A DNA stretch of 63,483 nucleotides, filler included, from Asterionella formosa (Eukaryota): the NCBI GenBank assembly GCA_002256025.1. It is 11 parts of 11 records of this genome, joined end to end, with 100 filler letters (N's around TTAATTAATTAA, not from the genome) between each part and the next. Parts side by side here need not be neighbours in the genome. Positions count along the whole stretch, not along the records: positions 58,831 to 60,315 come from NKIB01002242.1; positions 60,416 to 61,899 come from NKIB01002243.1; positions 62,000 to 63,483 come from NKIB01002244.1; 8 more parts are not named here. The stretch is one strand, 5' to 3'. The notes under the pieces were generated by a model. It made no database searches and was not told where the DNA came from. It saw only the letters and a program-made list of their open reading frames with translations. A program made the translations under genes and the position numbers. Of this stretch, positions 59,967-63,483 are shown one piece after another (positions within the stretch are counted from its first letter, which is position 1; each line of letters begins with the position of its first letter).

Positions 59967-61300
59967 TCTAAGCCGCGTATTACGTGAAGTGACCATCACT
60001 TAAATAAGCCTAGTTGATTTTGAATGGATCACATGAATTAGTTGAATACATCAAAATGCTTACTTGAATATATCTATATATTATCTGAATACATCACGTT
60101 AATTATTTGATCAGAGTATCATGCATGCATTCCTTATCATCACTATATTACGTGATCACCTTCACATAATTATTTGAAATACTTCACATAATTATTTGAA
60201 ATACTTCAATTAATTCTGTAATTCAGTTCACATTGCCTTAAATTTTTGTTCACGTAATTCTATAATATGGTTCACGTAATTTATTAAATTTGTTTACGTA
60301 TTTTAAAAGTACTATNNNNNNNNNNNNNNNNNNNNNNNNNNNNNNNNNNNNNNNNNNNNTTAATTAATTAANNNNNNNNNNNNNNNNNNNNNNNNNNNNN
60401 NNNNNNNNNNNNNNNTAGGATTTGGTCGATGCGGTGGGAAAAAATATGAAAAATTCGACTATTGATAAAATATTTCTCAACCAAGTGACGTGTATTGATA
60501 TTTTCAACTGCAATTGGCTTTGGTATTTGGTCGATGCGGTGGCGATGCTCTAAGGGTGTACAATAATATACTAATAAAATCATCATGACAAGGACAAGAG
60601 GACCATAATAAATACCTCGGTAGACTATCTTGCCGACATCACACGGTACCTGGTTCGGTACCAGAACAGTCATATGTCGCCATATTCATATGCATATGAC
60701 CATGTTTCAGTTGGTGGTTTGGTTTGGAGGTAGGGGTGGTGATCTATGTCAGGGTTTATCATGATACCCCAGAGTAATAAATATTTTTGATTTACCGGTA
60801 GTAAGTCCCGGTATATCATGTGATTTTACCTTGCATACTGAATACGTATGTATACTGACGACCGGTACCAGCTACCAGTACCAAGTACCAGGTACCCAGT
60901 TAGATGGTATGTACACAATTTGAAACAAAAGTTACCTACCAGTGCAACAACGCTCTACTGCTACATAATGAACATAACGGTAAGCAATTTTTAGGGTTTG
61001 ATCACATATGGCTGGTTTGATTAAATATTTACGGACAAATATTCGCAATATTCGGACTTTCCCGGAAATCCCAGGGAAATGAGCGGAGTGCATTATGTAT
61101 ACTGGTAGAAGTCGACGATGACAAGAGTACCATGACAGCAACGAAAGCAAATACCGCCGGTAGTAGAATTGTTTCAGTCACAACATTCCTCACCCTTGTT
61201 GAATGATTGACAGAAGGTTCTCCTCCTCTCCTCTCCTCTCCTCTCACTTCCATTGTCTAGTACATCCAACCAGGAATCCACCACCATCAGTTAGAAAACA

Positions 61301-61595
61301 ATGAAGGTTTGGTTCCAGTTGTTCCTTGAAAACGCAGGACTATTGCCAGTTTATGTCACGTTGAAGAAGAATGATGTCATTGCTGACTTGATGGAAGCTG
61401 TGAAGATTAAATGTGAAAATAGTCTGAGTGCCATAGATTCAGCGCAGCTCCGTGTGTGCCCACCTGGAACTCAAGTGCCGGTCCCTGAGGGAGCTGATGA
61501 TCCAACCCTGAGATCTGGAGGTCTGGTTGTTCATCTGATTTGGGGAAGTAGCGACGACACTGCGTTCGTGATCGTGGTCATCCAACCTGATATTG
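61301..61595 (+). CDS. Crinkler/RHS-type ubiquitin-like N-terminal domain exon; downstream structure unclear
   Basis: MKVWFQL..VTLKKNDVIADLMEAVKIKCENSLSAIDSAQLRV..FVIVV resembles CRN N-terminal domains; GTACGT donor at 61596. Confidence 0.55.
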
Positions 61596-61999
61596 GTACG
61601 TGTTTTGATCTCATGGAATACCTTCTATTGTATTGTAGGTCACAGCTCCTAATACTCACGTATCATTTCGTATCATTTATCCCCTACAAATACTCGCTAC
61701 TGTTGAAAAGACCAAGGAGCGACGAAACGCCAGAAACAAAATTATGAGCAGGACGTTGCCTCCTTAATAAATGTTGTAGACGAGAGGCTCAAACTTCAAT
61801 TTTATGACTTGAACAAGGAGCGGAATCAAGATTATGACCAGGAGGAAGCCTCGTCCTTAATATTGCTTATAGAGGAGAAGCTCAACGTTCATTTCAAGCN
61901 NNNNNNNNNNNNNNNNNNNNNNNNNNNNNNNNNNNNNNNNNNNTTAATTAATTAANNNNNNNNNNNNNNNNNNNNNNNNNNNNNNNNNNNNNNNNNNNN

Positions 62000-63483
62000 G
62001 ATAGTCACGATCGCGCATTCGTTGTTGGAGTTGATGCTCCAGATCGTCCAGGATTGCTCTTGGACATCTCGAAGGGCTTGCTTCGTCTCAATTTACAGGT
62101 GCGACACACTGAGGCAAAAGTTTTGGGCGAACGATCCCTCTCGATTTGGCGCTGCGAGTGCGTGGAGTTGACGCTTCCCGATCTTGAAGAGGTTTGGTCT
62201 GTACTGCATGCACTATTGGGGAGCGCAAGTGGAGTCGCTGCTATCAAGAAGCGCGGTCTTCGAGTTATTCGAGCTGTCATCACTTCATCGTCAAGACTCA
62301 TTGGTACGACAGCTTTGAACATGAAGTTCCGGGAGACCTACAAGGCCGCCATAGTTGCAGTGCAGAAAGGTGGGAAGAATACATCAACTGATACCACATT
62401 CGAGGCTGGAGATGTTTTGATCCTTCAAGCTGGCAACGATTCTCCTTTGCTGACCAGGCCACCTGATGATTTCTACGCGAAGCTACAGAAGCTAGATGAA
62501 GCTTCTCGCCCTTCACTAGTCAAGTTATTTTCTAGCAGCAAAATCAGTAAAGGAGATTTGAAGGCAAGTTCGTCGTTCCAGGTCCAGAGTGGGGAAGCTT
62601 CTAATACATCACATGATATAGTTGATGCTGATCGCAATAGTGAATTTGGAAACACAACGATGGCCAAGAACGAGGTGATTTGGAAGGATTTGCAAGTTGT
62701 GTTCGAAGTGAAACAAAATGCTACCGTTGAAAATGCAGCATTCCAGAAGGAATTCTTGACAGCCATGGAAGTGCCAGCACACTCTGCCTTGGAGAATAAG
62801 TCCGTTAATCAGTTAGGTATCGCTAAGCTTCCCGGAGTGTTCCTGGTTAGTATCGAGCGACCTTCTGCAGGTTCAAACAACAGGCAGGAAGGGCTTCCGC
62901 GAGCAAACGTTGCGACCATTCTTCGTGGTTTTACTGCCGGCCCCACTGGAAGTGAGAACAACGATACGACCTCCGTGGATGGTGAACCGGTTCAATACAC
63001 AGCTATTACGCCAGACGATGCGTTACAAGCTGGTGATGTGCTTTGGTTTTCGGGATCTGCTTCAGCGATTGGTGATCTTCGAAAAATTCCTGGTTTACAG
63101 TCATACCAGAATGATGAGGTTCGAAAGATGAATACCAGTGTGCAGGAACGACGATTGGTGCAAGCAGTTGTTGCACGACGATCCGTCTTGGTTGGAAAGA
63201 CGGTGAAAGAGGTTCGCTTCAGAACTCAATATGATGCTGCTGTGATTGCGGTCCATCGTGAAGGTAATCGTGTACACGACCATCCTGGTCAGATCAAACT
63301 CCAGGCTGGCGATGTATTGCTTCTTGAGGCTAGTCCAACCTTCCTATCCAAGAACGCGGACAATTATAGGACCTTCGCCTTGTTGGCTGTAGTTGATGAC
63401 TCTGCTCCGCCACGACTTGGTTTGTTCTTCTTGGCGGTGTTCCTCACGGTGACAATATTGCTTGTTTATTCGATTCAGGGTAC
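62000..63483 (+). CDS. SLC13/SLT-type (Na+/sulfate-like) transporter, internal fragment with an ACT-like domain and TrkA-C domains
   Basis: Open frame from 62000 (missed by the ORF track because it lacks start/stop): VDAPDRPGLLLDISKGLLRLNLQVRHTEA (ACT-like); FRETYKAAIVAV..EAGDVLIL; KEFLTAMEV..KLPGVFLVSIER..LQAGDVLWFSG; LVGKTVKEVRFRTQYDAAVIAVHREG..LQAGDVLLLE; then a TM helix. Confidence 0.85.

Noticed and set aside
24569..61999. Regularly spaced TTAATTAATTAA palindrome (~1586-bp period after 49214)
   Set aside because: Artificial six-frame-stop linker embedded in N runs between size-sorted contigs; not biological and not a CRISPR-like array.
49314..63483. Apparent cluster of LINE, gypsy, LRR-ARM, CRN and transporter genes as a defence island
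   Set aside because: Each lies on a separate ~1.5-kb contig; the linkage is artificial.

Overview
AT-rich eukaryotic DNA, most likely from a diatom. The evidence is short GT-AG introns, a CoDi-like copia element, and stramenopile-type Myb-like and TRPC4AP proteins. The window is an artificial concatenation: two ~24.5-kb scaffolds (1-24568, 24669-49213) and nine ~1.49-kb contigs joined by N44-TTAATTAATTAA-N44 spacers, so adjacency across spacers has no meaning. Host genes are a pseudo-receiver-domain protein, PCCB, two paralogous RING/Myb-like/NIN-GAF-like regulators, TRPC4AP, a cyclophilin-SYF2 fusion, an LRR+armadillo protein, a Crinkler-type N-terminal exon and an SLC13/SLT-type transporter with TrkA-C domains. 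Most of the rest is transposon debris. Top observations: (1) a DD39D mariner (8706-11303) and a pogo/DDE_1 element (~15976-18437) each carry, inside their TIRs and convergent to the transposase, a homologous ~135-aa CxxHxCCG protein with HIRAN-like motifs; (2) a tRNA-headed SINE-like insertion with an 11-bp TSD and a matching empty site; (3) paralog evidence that TA sites are expanded to TACCGGTA, which suggests the abundant TACC(W)GGTA motifs are transposon footprints. All family assignments come from reading motifs by eye; no database searches were run.
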